From Phycisphaerales bacterium (GTDB lineage Bacteria; Planctomycetota; Phycisphaerae; Phycisphaerales; UBA1924), in NCBI GenBank assembly GCA_965227775.1, contig OZ245777.1:2496001-2560000 (forward strand): a DNA stretch of 64,000 nucleotides, written 5' to 3'. Numbering within the stretch: the first letter of the stretch is position 1; every line of letters starts with the position of its first letter. The notes under the pieces are model-generated. The model saw only the letters and a program-made list of their open reading frames with translations, ran no database searches and was not told where the DNA came from. Shown in pieces: positions 48,787 through 58,079 of the stretch. A program made the translations under genes and the position numbers.

Positions 48787-48815
48787 GCCCCCGCTCACAG
48801 CACGCGAGCGGGGGC
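48787..48815. terminator. GC hairpin after the DUF1579 gene
   Basis: GCCCCCGCTC/GAGCGGGGGC 10-bp stem; no clear U tract. Confidence 0.4.
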
Positions 48816-48844
48816 GTTCAATTCTCTTGCGACGGATACCTGGC

Positions 48845-49594
48845 TCAGCGACCGCGGTTTTGGTTCATGCCAGCGCCGCCGCCCGCGTTGCCATCGTTCC
48901 CAGCCTGCTTACGGGTGTAGGTGATCTGGAAGCCGGGGACCCAGTCTTGGCCTTCCTCGGCCTCGGCGCCCATGGCCGCGGCCGCCTCGGCGGGGTAGTG
49001 ACGCGTGAACACCATTTTGTCCTTGCCGTGCATGTCGATCGTGTCGCGAACCGGCATGGTGACGCCGGCCATCGGGTCGGTCTCTTCGCTGTCATAGACC
49101 CAGCCGGTGTCGGTCTTCTCGCCGGTGGCGAACGCGATGGCGGTACCGGTGCCGTCGATCCAGATGCTCTCGAAGCGGTCAAGGGCCCGGTGGTAGCCCG
49201 AGATGCTGATGCCGTGCATCGGCGTGCCCATCACGTCACCGTGGAAGTCCATGCGTACAAACCGACCGCCCATGATCAATTCATACTTTGCCGTGCCGGT
49301 GCTCTCATAATCCATGCCCGGCATCAACCCCAGCAGCTTCGCGTCCCAGTCGCCCACGAACGCCTTCATCTCCTCGTGCTGCTCGACGGGCTCGCCAGCC
49401 TCCATCCACGCCTTCATCATCTCTTCGGGGTCCATGCCCTCCTGAACGGTTTGGATGGTGGGGGCGTCCTGGTCCTCGCCCACGCCGTGCGAGCCGGCGA
49501 GCAGTCCGAAGCCGAACGCAACGCCAGCGGCGATCGCGATTGCAACGACGGGGCCGCGGCCGCACGAATTGAGCAGGGTGCTGATGCGTGACAT
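48845..49594 (-). CDS. DUF1579-like exported protein
   Basis: Signal peptide; MMKAWME..P..H...VGDW, IMGGRF, ESIWID and ITYTR pattern; GGGAG RBS. Confidence 0.8.
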   Translation of the reverse strand: MSRISTLLNSCGRGPVVAIAIAAGVAFGFGLLAGSHGVGEDQDAPTIQTVQEGMDPEEMMKAWMEAGEPVEQHEEMKAFVGDWDAKLLGLMPGMDYESTGTAKYELIMGGRFVRMDFHGDVMGTPMHGISISGYHRALDRFESIWIDGTGTAIAFATGEKTDTGWVYDSEETDPMAGVTMPVRDTIDMHGKDKMVFTRHYPAEAAAAMGAEAEEGQDWVPGFQITYTRKQAGNDGNAGGGAGMNQNRGR

Positions 49595-49705
49595 GTGAAC
49601 GTCTCCCTTGTTTGCCCGGGCGTGCGGGTGCTGGTGCAAAAGGGGGAGGGTGCCGCCCGGGCGAGGAAGGATTGTATGCCGGGAGGTCCCGAGGAAGGCT
49701 ACGGG

Positions 49706-51061
49706 TTAGCCCTGGCGATTGGAGGCCATCTTCGGAGCCTCACCTATCGAGGCAGCGATGTCGCGCCGCACTTGCATGCCCCTGAAGTGGATCTTGTCCG
49801 ATGCCGCGTAGGCCCGCTCGCGGGCGTCTTCGACGCTGCTGCCCAGGGCCGTCACGCCCAGCACACGCCCCCCGGCGGTGACCAGGCCGCCCGTCTTCTT
49901 GTCGACTTTCGTGCCCGCGTGGTAGACGAAGACACCCTCCATTGCCTCGGCCTCTTCGATACCTGTGATCGGCTGACCGGTGGCAGGCTTCTCTGGATAG
50001 CCCTCACTGGCCAGCACCACGCACACTGCCGCGCCGGGATGCCACGCGAGTTCCAGGCTCTCGACGTTGCCGGTCGCCGTCGCGAAGAGCATCTCGAGCG
50101 CATCGCTGGCAAGGCGGGGCAAAAGCACCTGGCATTCGGGGTCGCCGAAGCGCACGTTGAACTCGAGCACCTTGGGCCCCGCGGCGGTGAGCATGAGCCC
50201 GGCGTACAGCACGCCGCGGTAGTCGATGCCCTCGCGACGAAGGCTGTCGACCACGGGGAGCAGGATCTCCCGCTGCACGCGCGCCATGGTTGCGTCGTCT
50301 ATGAGCGTGCTCGGGCAGAAGGCGCCCATGCCGCCGGTGTTGGGGCCCTCGTCTCCATCTTTCAAACGCTTGTGATCCTGACAGGCGTCGAGGATGTACA
50401 CGCCCTTGCCATCGGTGAGCGCAAACACCGACACCTCGGGCCCGCTCAGCCGCTCTTCGATCAGCACGCGCGCGCTTGCATCGCCGAAGGCACGGTCGTC
50501 GAGCATCCAGCGGATGGCGTCGGCGGCTTCCTTGTGTGTGCGAGGCACCACCACGCCCTTGCCCGCAGCCAGCCCCGTCGCCTTGATCACGGGCGGCTCG
50601 GTGCGACTGAGCGAGTACTCCACAGCGCGCTCGGCGTCGGTGAAGCTGCGGCTCTCGGCCGTTGGTACGGCGGCGCCGCGCATGAGGTCTTTTGCCCAGT
50701 GCTTGTCGGCTTCGAGCTGGGCTCCGTCCTTGCCCGGGCCGAACACCGCCACACCCTTGGCCCGGAGCTTGTCGGCCAGCCCCTCGGCCAGCGGTGCTTC
50801 GGGACCAACCACGACCAGGTCGATGGCCTTGTCTCGGCAGAACAGCTCGGCCCGATAGGCCTGGGCGGCGTCGATCGGCACGCCCGCGTCGGTTGCGACG
50901 GCGGCGATCCCAGGATTCTGTGGATGGCTGGCATAGAGCTGCCCCAGGCGCGGCGAGGCGGCGATAGCCTCCGCGAGGGCGTGCTCTCGGCCGCCCCCGC
51001 CGACCAGTAGGACGTTCAGCTTCTTCGAGGAAGGTTCGTTCGGAGTGGCAGGAGTTGTCAC
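49706..51061 (-). CDS. purD: Phosphoribosylamine-glycine ligase
   Basis: GGGGREHAL, VVGPE, GLAAGKGV, GPNTGGMG, EFNVRFGDPE and GGRVL motifs. Confidence 0.96.
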   Translation of the reverse strand: MTTPATPNEPSSKKLNVLLVGGGGREHALAEAIAASPRLGQLYASHPQNPGIAAVATDAGVPIDAAQAYRAELFCRDKAIDLVVVGPEAPLAEGLADKLRAKGVAVFGPGKDGAQLEADKHWAKDLMRGAAVPTAESRSFTDAERAVEYSLSRTEPPVIKATGLAAGKGVVVPRTHKEAADAIRWMLDDRAFGDASARVLIEERLSGPEVSVFALTDGKGVYILDACQDHKRLKDGDEGPNTGGMGAFCPSTLIDDATMARVQREILLPVVDSLRREGIDYRGVLYAGLMLTAAGPKVLEFNVRFGDPECQVLLPRLASDALEMLFATATGNVESLELAWHPGAAVCVVLASEGYPEKPATGQPITGIEEAEAMEGVFVYHAGTKVDKKTGGLVTAGGRVLGVTALGSSVEDARERAYAASDKIHFRGMQVRRDIAASIGEAPKMASNRQG

Positions 51062-51089
51062 GAACCAGTGTAGTGCTCGGGGTGTACGA

Positions 51090-51638
51090 ATGTCCCTCAT
51101 GACGACCATCAACGTCCGTGACTTCACGCAGCAAGATGTTGCCCCAGCCAACGCGCTCACCAACTGGTACATCGAGAACACCGCGGTCCACTTTGCCTAC
51201 GAGCCACACAGCGACGCCACGTTCGAAGCCGGATGGCGACAAGGCAGGCAGACCCACCCCTGGCTGGCTGCCGACGTTGAAGGCGTCTTTGCGGGCTACG
51301 CCAAGGCGGGAGTTTGGCGAGAACGCAAGGCGTACGAGCGTACCTGTGAGACCGGGATCTACATCCAGCGCGGATTCGAGGGCAAGGGTGTCGGCAAGGC
51401 CCTGTACGACCAACTGCTCCCCAGGCTGCGGGCGGCCGGCTTCCACGCCGTCATCGGAGGCATGACCATGCCCAACTCGGCCTCGGCCGCTCTGCACGAG
51501 CGGGCAGGCTTCCGCAAGGTTGCGCACTTCGAGCAAGTGGGCCGAAAGTTTGGCCAGTGGCACGATGTGGGCTTCTGGCAGTTGGTCTTTCCGGACACGC
51601 CAACCGGCGGGCTGGATTCGCGGCAAGACGGAGCGTAA
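51090..51638 (+). CDS. GNAT N-acetyltransferase (phosphinothricin acetyltransferase/YncA-like)
   Basis: GKGVGKALY, NSASAALHERAGF and VGRKFGQWHDV motifs; start 51090 or 51099. Confidence 0.9.
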   Translation: MSLMTTINVRDFTQQDVAPANALTNWYIENTAVHFAYEPHSDATFEAGWRQGRQTHPWLAADVEGVFAGYAKAGVWRERKAYERTCETGIYIQRGFEGKGVGKALYDQLLPRLRAAGFHAVIGGMTMPNSASAALHERAGFRKVAHFEQVGRKFGQWHDVGFWQLVFPDTPTGGLDSRQDGA

Positions 51639-51656
51639 ACTCTCGACCACTAAGAT

Positions 51657-51730
<74 letters not shown>

Positions 51731-51743
51731 TTCGAAGCGAAGC

Positions 51744-51777
51744 CGACCCTCTTTGAGACCAAAGGGGGTCGTTTTTT
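51744..51777 (+). terminator. Intrinsic terminator after tRNA-fMet
   Basis: CGACCCTCTTTG-AGAC-CAAAGGGGGTCG followed by TTTTTT. Confidence 0.85.
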
Positions 51778-51849
51778 CTTTGCCCCGGTCCCCATGGCTG
51801 ACGCGTGAAACCGCTGCTGGCAGCGATGAGTTGAGCCCTAGCCTTGGCC

Positions 51850-52425
51850 ATGAAGAATCGCACTACTTGTGCTGTCGGCTCGGTCGCAGTCGTTTCGATG
51901 GTCTTGCTCGGGCCTGCGAGCTGTGCTTCGAGCGACAAGGAGCCAGAGGTTGCCATGAGCGCCGAGCCGTCGCAGCCATCAGCGCCTCCTCCAGCCACTA
52001 AAGCCTGGATGGACCGGCTGACCGTCGACCACGAGTACGACCCTGAGACCGGTTTCATCGTCGCACGAGAGACGATCTCGCTTCCTCCGATCATCGCAGA
52101 CGGGCCACAGCTTGACGAAGCGATTGAAGAGGCAGGCGACGTCCGGCTGGTGATCGCGTTTGCCACCGCTGACCGTTGCGCGCCCTGTCAGCAGTACAAG
52201 CGGGACGCGCTCAACAATGAGGCCGTGGTTACGCGGCTGTCCGAAGATCGCTTTTTGCCCACGCACGTCGAGGTTGACCAGTCGCCACAACTTGCCAATG
52301 CCCACCTCGGATCTCGTGCGATTCCGGTGACCTACGCACTGCGAGAGGGCCAGGTCGTGTCGCAGCTTCGCGGTCAGCGATCCGCCTCAGAACTGCTCTC
52401 CTGGCTAGACGGGTTGCCCGAGTAG
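51850..52425 (+). CDS. Thioredoxin-like exported (lipo)protein
   Basis: Hydrophobic signal with Cys, FATADRCAPC (CxxC), IPVT cis-Pro, G.RSASEL..WL. Confidence 0.82.
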   Translation: MKNRTTCAVGSVAVVSMVLLGPASCASSDKEPEVAMSAEPSQPSAPPPATKAWMDRLTVDHEYDPETGFIVARETISLPPIIADGPQLDEAIEEAGDVRLVIAFATADRCAPCQQYKRDALNNEAVVTRLSEDRFLPTHVEVDQSPQLANAHLGSRAIPVTYALREGQVVSQLRGQRSASELLSWLDGLPE

Positions 52426-52468
52426 GCTGGCAATGAGAGACGGGAGCTCGACTGCTCATTGATCGGCA

Positions 52469-52837
52469 TCAACCCGCCCGCAGGATCTTCTCCATCTTCT
52501 TTCCCTTGGCGAGTTCGTCGACGAGCTTGTCAAGATACCGCGTCTTCTGGATGAGCGGGTTCTCGATGTCTTCAACGCGGTAGCCGCAGATGACACCCTT
52601 GATCAGCGATGCGTTGGCATTGAGTGTCGCACGGTCGAAGAACGCCTCGAACGTGACCGCGTCATCGATCTGCTGCTGGATCTGTTTGTCATCGAAGCCT
52701 GTCAGCCAGGAGATGACTTCGTGGAGTTCCGCCCTGGTGCGCCCCTTCTTCTCGATCTTGGTAACGTAGTGGGGATACACCGATGCGAACGTCATGCTGG
52801 CGATTCGTGCATCGTGCTCGGGTGTGGTCGTGGGCAT
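52469..52837 (-). CDS. DUF2200 family protein
   Basis: [30 protein letters not shown] and [12 protein letters not shown] motifs; GGGAG RBS. Confidence 0.88.
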   Translation of the reverse strand: MPTTTPEHDARIASMTFASVYPHYVTKIEKKGRTRAELHEVISWLTGFDDKQIQQQIDDAVTFEAFFDRATLNANASLIKGVICGYRVEDIENPLIQKTRYLDKLVDELAKGKKMEKILRAG

Positions 52838-52891
52838 GCTTCTGACTCCCCGTACTGGGATCTTCTGGGACATGCGGGCTGTGATCGCGGA

Positions 52892-55800
52892 TCAGCCGTC
52901 GCTGGCGAACTCGACTCTCTTCGTACCGCCGCGTGATTCCGTATCCTCGCGGCCCGACTCGGTGGGTTCATCCACGTCCATCGTTCGCTTGATGAAGTCC
53001 CACTGCAGGTGTCGATACTGACGAGACCAGATTCCGTGGCGACTGCCTGGGTACACGGCCATCTCGAAGAGCTTCCCCGCCCGCTGCAGGGCTCCAGCCA
53101 GCAGCATCGAGTTCTGCATATGCACGTTGTCGTCGATGGCACCGTGTACGAGAAGCAGGCGGCCGCTGAGGTTGCGGGCGCCCTCGACGGCACTCGTCTT
53201 CTTGTAGCCTTCCGGATTCGCTTGCGGCGTCAACATGTACCGCTCGGTATAGATCGTGTCGTAATCGCGCCAGTCGGTCACCGGAGCGCCCGCGATGCCA
53301 GCAGTGAACAGGTCGCTGTGCGTGAGCGCGTAGGCGGTGATATAGCCGCCGAACGAGTGACCGCTGATGCCGATGCGCGTCGGATCGGCCCAGCCCTGGT
53401 CGAGGGCCCAGCGGACAGCATCTTCGAGATCCCGCAGCTCGCCGACGCCCAGTTGCAAGTAGCTCGTCCATGCGCTTTGCGCTCCTTTGCCACTCGCGGC
53501 GTAGGGATCCACACGCAGTACGACGATCCCCGCCGAGCAGAGCAACTGCTCCCACGTGCGACCACCCTGCCACGAATCGCGCACGGTGGGGGCGTGCGGC
53601 CCGGCGTATGTCAAGACCCAGACCGGATAGGTCTGGCTCGCATCGAAGCCGGGTGGGTAGTGCACGACCGCTTCGAGCTCGATGCCGGCGCGACGCGAGG
53701 GGATCCTCGTGTGCTCCAGCGTCGCGAGCTTCCAGTCATCAAGCTCGTACACGGGGTTGGTGTCGAGCCATCGAATCAGTGAGCCGTCCCGCGCTGATCG
53801 CAGCGCAACCCTGTTCGGCTGGTTCACGCCCGACCAGCGGTCGATGAACATGGTCGCCGAAGGATTCAAGTCGACCGAATGTGTGCCCGGCTCGTGCGTC
53901 AGGCGAGTGAGTTCGCTTCCATCGAGGCGAATCTTATAAAGGTCATTGCCGATGTGCGAGCTTGTTGTTCCCGTAAAGTACAGCCAATCGGCTTCCTCAT
54001 CGATGTGAAGCACGCGGCGGCATTCCCAGTCCCCGCTAGTCACCTGACGGATGATCTGGCCCCGCGCGTTGTAGTGGTAGAGGTGCTTGAAGCCGTCTCG
54101 CTCGGAGGACATCAGGAAGCTGCCGTCGTTAAGATACATGAAGTCGCCCGGCGACGTGATCCACGCCTCGGTCCGATCGTGCATGAGCTTGGACGGCGAC
54201 CCATTGCTCGGCGACACGTGCAGGATGTCGAGCCATGTCTGGATGCGATCCTGCACGTGCACGACGCAGCTGCGGCCATCGGGTGTCCATGACACGCCAC
54301 TGATGAGGAATTGCCCCTCATCGTACGACGAGAGGTCGGCGAACTGGATGCGTCCACCTTCGGGGCTCACGAACCCGAGCTCAACGTCGGGATTTCGCTC
54401 GCCAGGACGCGCGTATCGCTCGACCTCGATCCGCTGCTCGCGTCGCTGGTTGTCGACGATCGTGTACTTGGGTACGGCCGTGCTATCGGTGATCAAGAAG
54501 GCGATGTTCTGAGAGTCGGGGCTCCACCAGTAGGCGCGCCAGCTACGGCCGAAGAGCTCCTCGAAATAGAGCCAGCTTGCCTTGCCGTTGCGAATGTCGC
54601 TCGTGCCGCCCTCGGTAAGCGCTCGGGGCGTCTGTGTTTCAACATCGACGACCCACAGATCGTACTCGTGAACGTACGCGACGAAACGACCATCAGGGCT
54701 GAGCGACCACGACTCTTCACGTTGCGGCGTCGCAGTGAGCCGAACGGCCTTCGATCCATCAGCCGACAGGTGGTACAGGTCCCGCTCGTGCTCAAACACG
54801 AATCCTTCATCGCGTGGTTCATAGAACCGTGAACCGACGATGCGACGAGCCCGCTCGCGATTGATCGTGGGCAAGCCCGCGACGACCGACACCACGGAGT
54901 CCGTCAGGCCGCGATCCAGCTCCTCGAGTACTCTGCCGGTGGAGGCGTGGACGCTGTATCGCCCGGACGTCCCAGGAATGCTCTTGCTCAGGTGCTCATC
55001 ATCGAGCCAGCCCAGCCGGGCCGACGGCGCGCCGTTGAGATTTGGTGCGCCTCGACGATCGATGATCATCTCCGACGTGATCCGCCTGGGAGGATCGCGG
55101 AAGTCACCAAGAGGCTTGGCGGTCCGCGTCAGGATCGGTGCGGGCTCGGGCAAGCGGTAGATCGGGAATCGGTCGCCCTCTTCAACGTGCCCTTCAAGGA
55201 AGTTCCACGCGGTCAGCCCGTCGGTCGACTGGGGTTCGAGCATGTACGCCGCCAGCGTGCCCAGGTCCTGTTCGGTGCGAACGAGGAACCAGCCGGCCTC
55301 GACTCGAACGCCCATCGTCTGGGCCGTGACCTCCCAAACATCGAGCATGCGATGGCCTTGGAACTCGCGTTCTGCCCGCCGCATCGAGTCGATGCGATAG
55401 GCCTCGGCGTCGAGGTCCATGTCTTCGCGTACCTCGTGCACATCGACGCCGTGTCGCTGCAGATGGCGTGCGATGTGCCCGAGGTCGGCCGGGATCAGGT
55501 ACGCCCAGGGCCGTTCGACGCTCAATGTTGCTTCGAAGTCGTTGACGAGTTCGACCTGGTAATCTCGCGGTTCGTCGGTGACATCGATCTTGTTGCCCTC
55601 GTTGTCGTACTCAACATAACCAAGGGCTTGGAATCGCTCTCGGAATGGGATGGCTCGCGAGCGAAGAGCGATTGTGTCGGCATTACCCGAGCGGTTGTGC
55701 TCGTCGGCGGCCTCGACGACTTGCCGGATCATCTCGGCGTGTTCGGCCGACTCCTGCAGCACGGCCCGGCAGAACTCGAGCGTACCGATCACACGATCCT

Positions 55801-56698
55801 TGAAACTTGCATAGGCATAGGCCTCGGACAAGATGCCGATGCGGTTTCGCAAACCCCGGTACGGCGTTCCGTATCGAGGCGAGGCCGGATACGTCGTCCA
55901 TTGCGTGTGACCGTCGGCGAAATTGCCGTACACCCACGCGTCGTAATCGGTCTGAGTCTCGAACCGCTCGTCAATCTGCGGAATGAACGTGTCGCGCGAG
56001 AATTCGAGCAGACCGGGGTGGGTCGATGGGTGCTTGGGCCCTTGATAAGTGATGACGTATCGGTGGTTCGATCCGTTGGTGGTGTGCGAGTCGACGATGA
56101 CGGCGGGGTCCCATTGGTGCATGAATCGCACGAGGGCGCGCGTCTCGGGGGCCTCCATCTTGATCCAGTCGCGATTGAGATCGAGGTCCTGGGCATTGTG
56201 CCGCAGGCCCATCTCGTCGGGCCCGTTCTGGTTGCGACGGTTGCCCGGATCCATCTTGTCATTCGAGTCGGGGTTGTAGTTGGGCACGAAACAGACAACG
56301 AGATCGTCGAGCAATGCCGATCGGTCACCTAGTGCAAGCTCGCGCGCGAGCATCTGTAGGGCTTCCTTGCCGCACGTCTCGCCCGAGTGGATGTTGCCAA
56401 ACAGGAGCACGACGAGCTTCCCGCTCTGCCTGGCCTCTTCGGCGGAAGTGACAGGCGGGTCGGCGACAACAAGCAACGGCAGGGGCTTGCCCTCGTGCGA
56501 GTTCCCGATCGAACCAAGCCAGGTCCGATCGCTCTCTTCATCCAGGGCCTGCAGGAACGCCTCGACCTGGGCCGACGTGCCCGTCTTGCGGTAGTCCGTC
56601 TGCTCCGCGACGGTCACGGGCGGCTCGGCCCGATCCTGGGAGAGCGCCGAGGCCGGCCAGGCCAGAACTACTACGAGAGCCAGGGTCGCAATTCGCAT
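52892..56698 (-). CDS. Secreted fusion of an M14 zinc carboxypeptidase and an S9B dipeptidyl-peptidase IV-like module
   Basis: N-terminal IHSGE, DLNRD and DSH; C-terminal propeller plus GHSFGG, DDNVH and GSRH triad. Confidence 0.9.
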   Translation of the reverse strand: MRIATLALVVVLAWPASALSQDRAEPPVTVAEQTDYRKTGTSAQVEAFLQALDEESDRTWLGSIGNSHEGKPLPLLVVADPPVTSAEEARQSGKLVVLLFGNIHSGETCGKEALQMLARELALGDRSALLDDLVVCFVPNYNPDSNDKMDPGNRRNQNGPDEMGLRHNAQDLDLNRDWIKMEAPETRALVRFMHQWDPAVIVDSHTTNGSNHRYVITYQGPKHPSTHPGLLEFSRDTFIPQIDERFETQTDYDAWVYGNFADGHTQWTTYPASPRYGTPYRGLRNRIGILSEAYAYASFKDRVIGTLEFCRAVLQESAEHAEMIRQVVEAADEHNRSGNADTIALRSRAIPFRERFQALGYVEYDNEGNKIDVTDEPRDYQVELVNDFEATLSVERPWAYLIPADLGHIARHLQRHGVDVHEVREDMDLDAEAYRIDSMRRAEREFQGHRMLDVWEVTAQTMGVRVEAGWFLVRTEQDLGTLAAYMLEPQSTDGLTAWNFLEGHVEEGDRFPIYRLPEPAPILTRTAKPLGDFRDPPRRITSEMIIDRRGAPNLNGAPSARLGWLDDEHLSKSIPGTSGRYSVHASTGRVLEELDRGLTDSVVSVVAGLPTINRERARRIVGSRFYEPRDEGFVFEHERDLYHLSADGSKAVRLTATPQREESWSLSPDGRFVAYVHEYDLWVVDVETQTPRALTEGGTSDIRNGKASWLYFEELFGRSWRAYWWSPDSQNIAFLITDSTAVPKYTIVDNQRREQRIEVERYARPGERNPDVELGFVSPEGGRIQFADLSSYDEGQFLISGVSWTPDGRSCVVHVQDRIQTWLDILHVSPSNGSPSKLMHDRTEAWITSPGDFMYLNDGSFLMSSERDGFKHLYHYNARGQIIRQVTSGDWECRRVLHIDEEADWLYFTGTTSSHIGNDLYKIRLDGSELTRLTHEPGTHSVDLNPSATMFIDRWSGVNQPNRVALRSARDGSLIRWLDTNPVYELDDWKLATLEHTRIPSRRAGIELEAVVHYPPGFDASQTYPVWVLTYAGPHAPTVRDSWQGGRTWEQLLCSAGIVVLRVDPYAASGKGAQSAWTSYLQLGVGELRDLEDAVRWALDQGWADPTRIGISGHSFGGYITAYALTHSDLFTAGIAGAPVTDWRDYDTIYTERYMLTPQANPEGYKKTSAVEGARNLSGRLLLVHGAIDDNVHMQNSMLLAGALQRAGKLFEMAVYPGSRHGIWSRQYRHLQWDFIKRTMDVDEPTESGREDTESRGGTKRVEFASDG

Positions 56699-56886
56699 GC
56701 GCGTCTCCGATTCGATGCCCCTCGTGGCTAGCAGACTCTTGTGCCACGAATAGCGGGCAGGAACTGTCCAAAGCGGTTATACCGCGGGCCGGGCAGGCGT
56801 TCTACGGGATCGTCGATTCCGCAGCGAAAAGCTAAGGAACGCGGCTCCGATAGCTGGAATCGGGTGGGGAATCCGCGAGCCTGGAG

Positions 56887-57378
56887 TCAACGGAGGGGAA
56901 CCGAGCCCACATGCGTCGTGCCGTCCGCACGCTGAACCTCGATCCACCACGCCGCACTTGGCGGCAATGGGTCGGGCGCGGCGGTCTTCAGCTCATAGCC
57001 GCCCAGTTGCTCGGAGTAATCCGCACCGGAGACCGCTGAAGCGAACCGGGACGCGGTGCCGATCCACCCGCGGACCGAGGACGTAGCCGTGCCATCGGGG
57101 ACTCTCACGATGAGCCGGAGCTGTCCGCCGGGTGACGGCTCTCCGAGGCCTCGCAAGACCTGAACGTCGATCGCGCCGATTCCGATCGAGCCGAGATCTT
57201 GGAACCCCGCAATCTGCTGGGCCGGTTGGGGTTGCTGGGGCTGGAAGATCCGGCCGGACTCACTTTGCTCGGGCGTGGCGGCTTCCGTGCTTGCGGGCGT
57301 TCCAAACTCCTCGCAGCCCACCAAGAGACCCAGGGCCCCGCAACTCATCAAGAGTCCGATTCGTGCAATCCAGCCCAT
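56887..57378 (-). CDS. Hypothetical lipoprotein
   Basis: GGAGG RBS, LLVGC lipobox, beta-rich C-terminal domain. Confidence 0.72.
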   Translation of the reverse strand: MGWIARIGLLMSCGALGLLVGCEEFGTPASTEAATPEQSESGRIFQPQQPQPAQQIAGFQDLGSIGIGAIDVQVLRGLGEPSPGGQLRLIVRVPDGTATSSVRGWIGTASRFASAVSGADYSEQLGGYELKTAAPDPLPPSAAWWIEVQRADGTTHVGSVPLR

Positions 57379-57476
57379 TTCGCCTCCGTGCGGGTCGTTG
57401 CCAGGTAAGAGCTGGCTGCCAATACCATCGGCACACGTCGGGCATCGCGCTGGAATCACGGCTGATCATGCACGAG

Positions 57477-57502
57477 AAAAACCCGCGGCGCTGTGCCGCG
57501 GG
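57477..57502 (-). terminator. Intrinsic terminator of the small Cys-rich gene
   Basis: CCCGCGGC/GCCGCGGG stem followed on the minus strand by TTTTT. Confidence 0.75.
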
Positions 57503-57531
57503 CATGTGGAATCGTTGGTTCGGATGACCGC

Positions 57532-57741
57532 TCAGCCGGCTTTGGCGGGAACGAACCCGGCGCAGCCGCTGGTTGCCGTCACGGTGAGGTTCAGGGGCTT
57601 GAGGTCGGGGTGCCCGCAGTGCTCCTGGAAGTTCTCGGGAGCCTGCCCGCTGATGCGGATCTGTACGAGCTTCTGATCGGCGGGGTGTTCTTCGCCGAAG
57701 TGAGCGCACTTGCCACACTGGCCGTCGGTGATCTGGAGCAT
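57532..57741 (-). CDS. Small four-cysteine protein (69 aa), HiPIP-like Cys spacing
   Basis: AAGGAGG RBS; CGKCAHF...HCGH...SGCAGF; has its own terminator. Confidence 0.8.
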   Translation of the reverse strand: MLQITDGQCGKCAHFGEEHPADQKLVQIRISGQAPENFQEHCGHPDLKPLNLTVTATSGCAGFVPAKAG

Positions 57742-57820
57742 GGACGCCTCCTTGGATGCTGATGCCCGGCTGGTCCCGGGTTCTTTGCACAAGTATGGCA
57801 TCAGGATCTCAAATGTGCGC

Positions 57821-57859
57821 TGAGAATCAGTCTCATTCAAAAGATGAGACGGAGTCGCA
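57821..57859. promoter_or_regulatory. Two tandem Fur-box-like 7-1-7 inverted repeats
   Basis: TGAGAAT-C-AGTCTCA (57821-57835) and TGAGACG-G-AGTCGCA (57845-57859). Confidence 0.55.
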
Positions 57860-57969
57860 TTCGCAGTCTGGACAGCGGGTTACTGGACAGCGGCCGCCGA
57901 CCGCCGAATACTTCCGGCCTTCGAGGCTGCTGGCCCGGTTGCCGGCGTCTAGAAGGAAACAGTTCGGGT

Positions 57970-58042
57970 GCCACCTTAGCTCAGTTGGTAGAGCGAAGCT
58001 TTCGTAAAGCTTAGGTCATCGGTTCGAGTCCGATAGGTGGCT
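57970..58042 (+). tRNA. tRNA-Thr (CGT)
   Basis: GCCACCT/AGGTGGC acceptor stem, AAGCT-TTCGTAA-AGCTT anticodon arm, GGTTCGAGTCC. Confidence 0.96.
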
Positions 58043-58079
58043 TTCCCCACTCGTCTTTAAGTCCAAGGCTGCGGGCGTC

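Noticed and set aside
56731..56746. Sigma-54 promoter TGGCAC...TGC upstream of the M14/S9 fusion (minus strand)
   Set aside because: GG-to-GC spacing is 11 nt rather than the strictly required 10.
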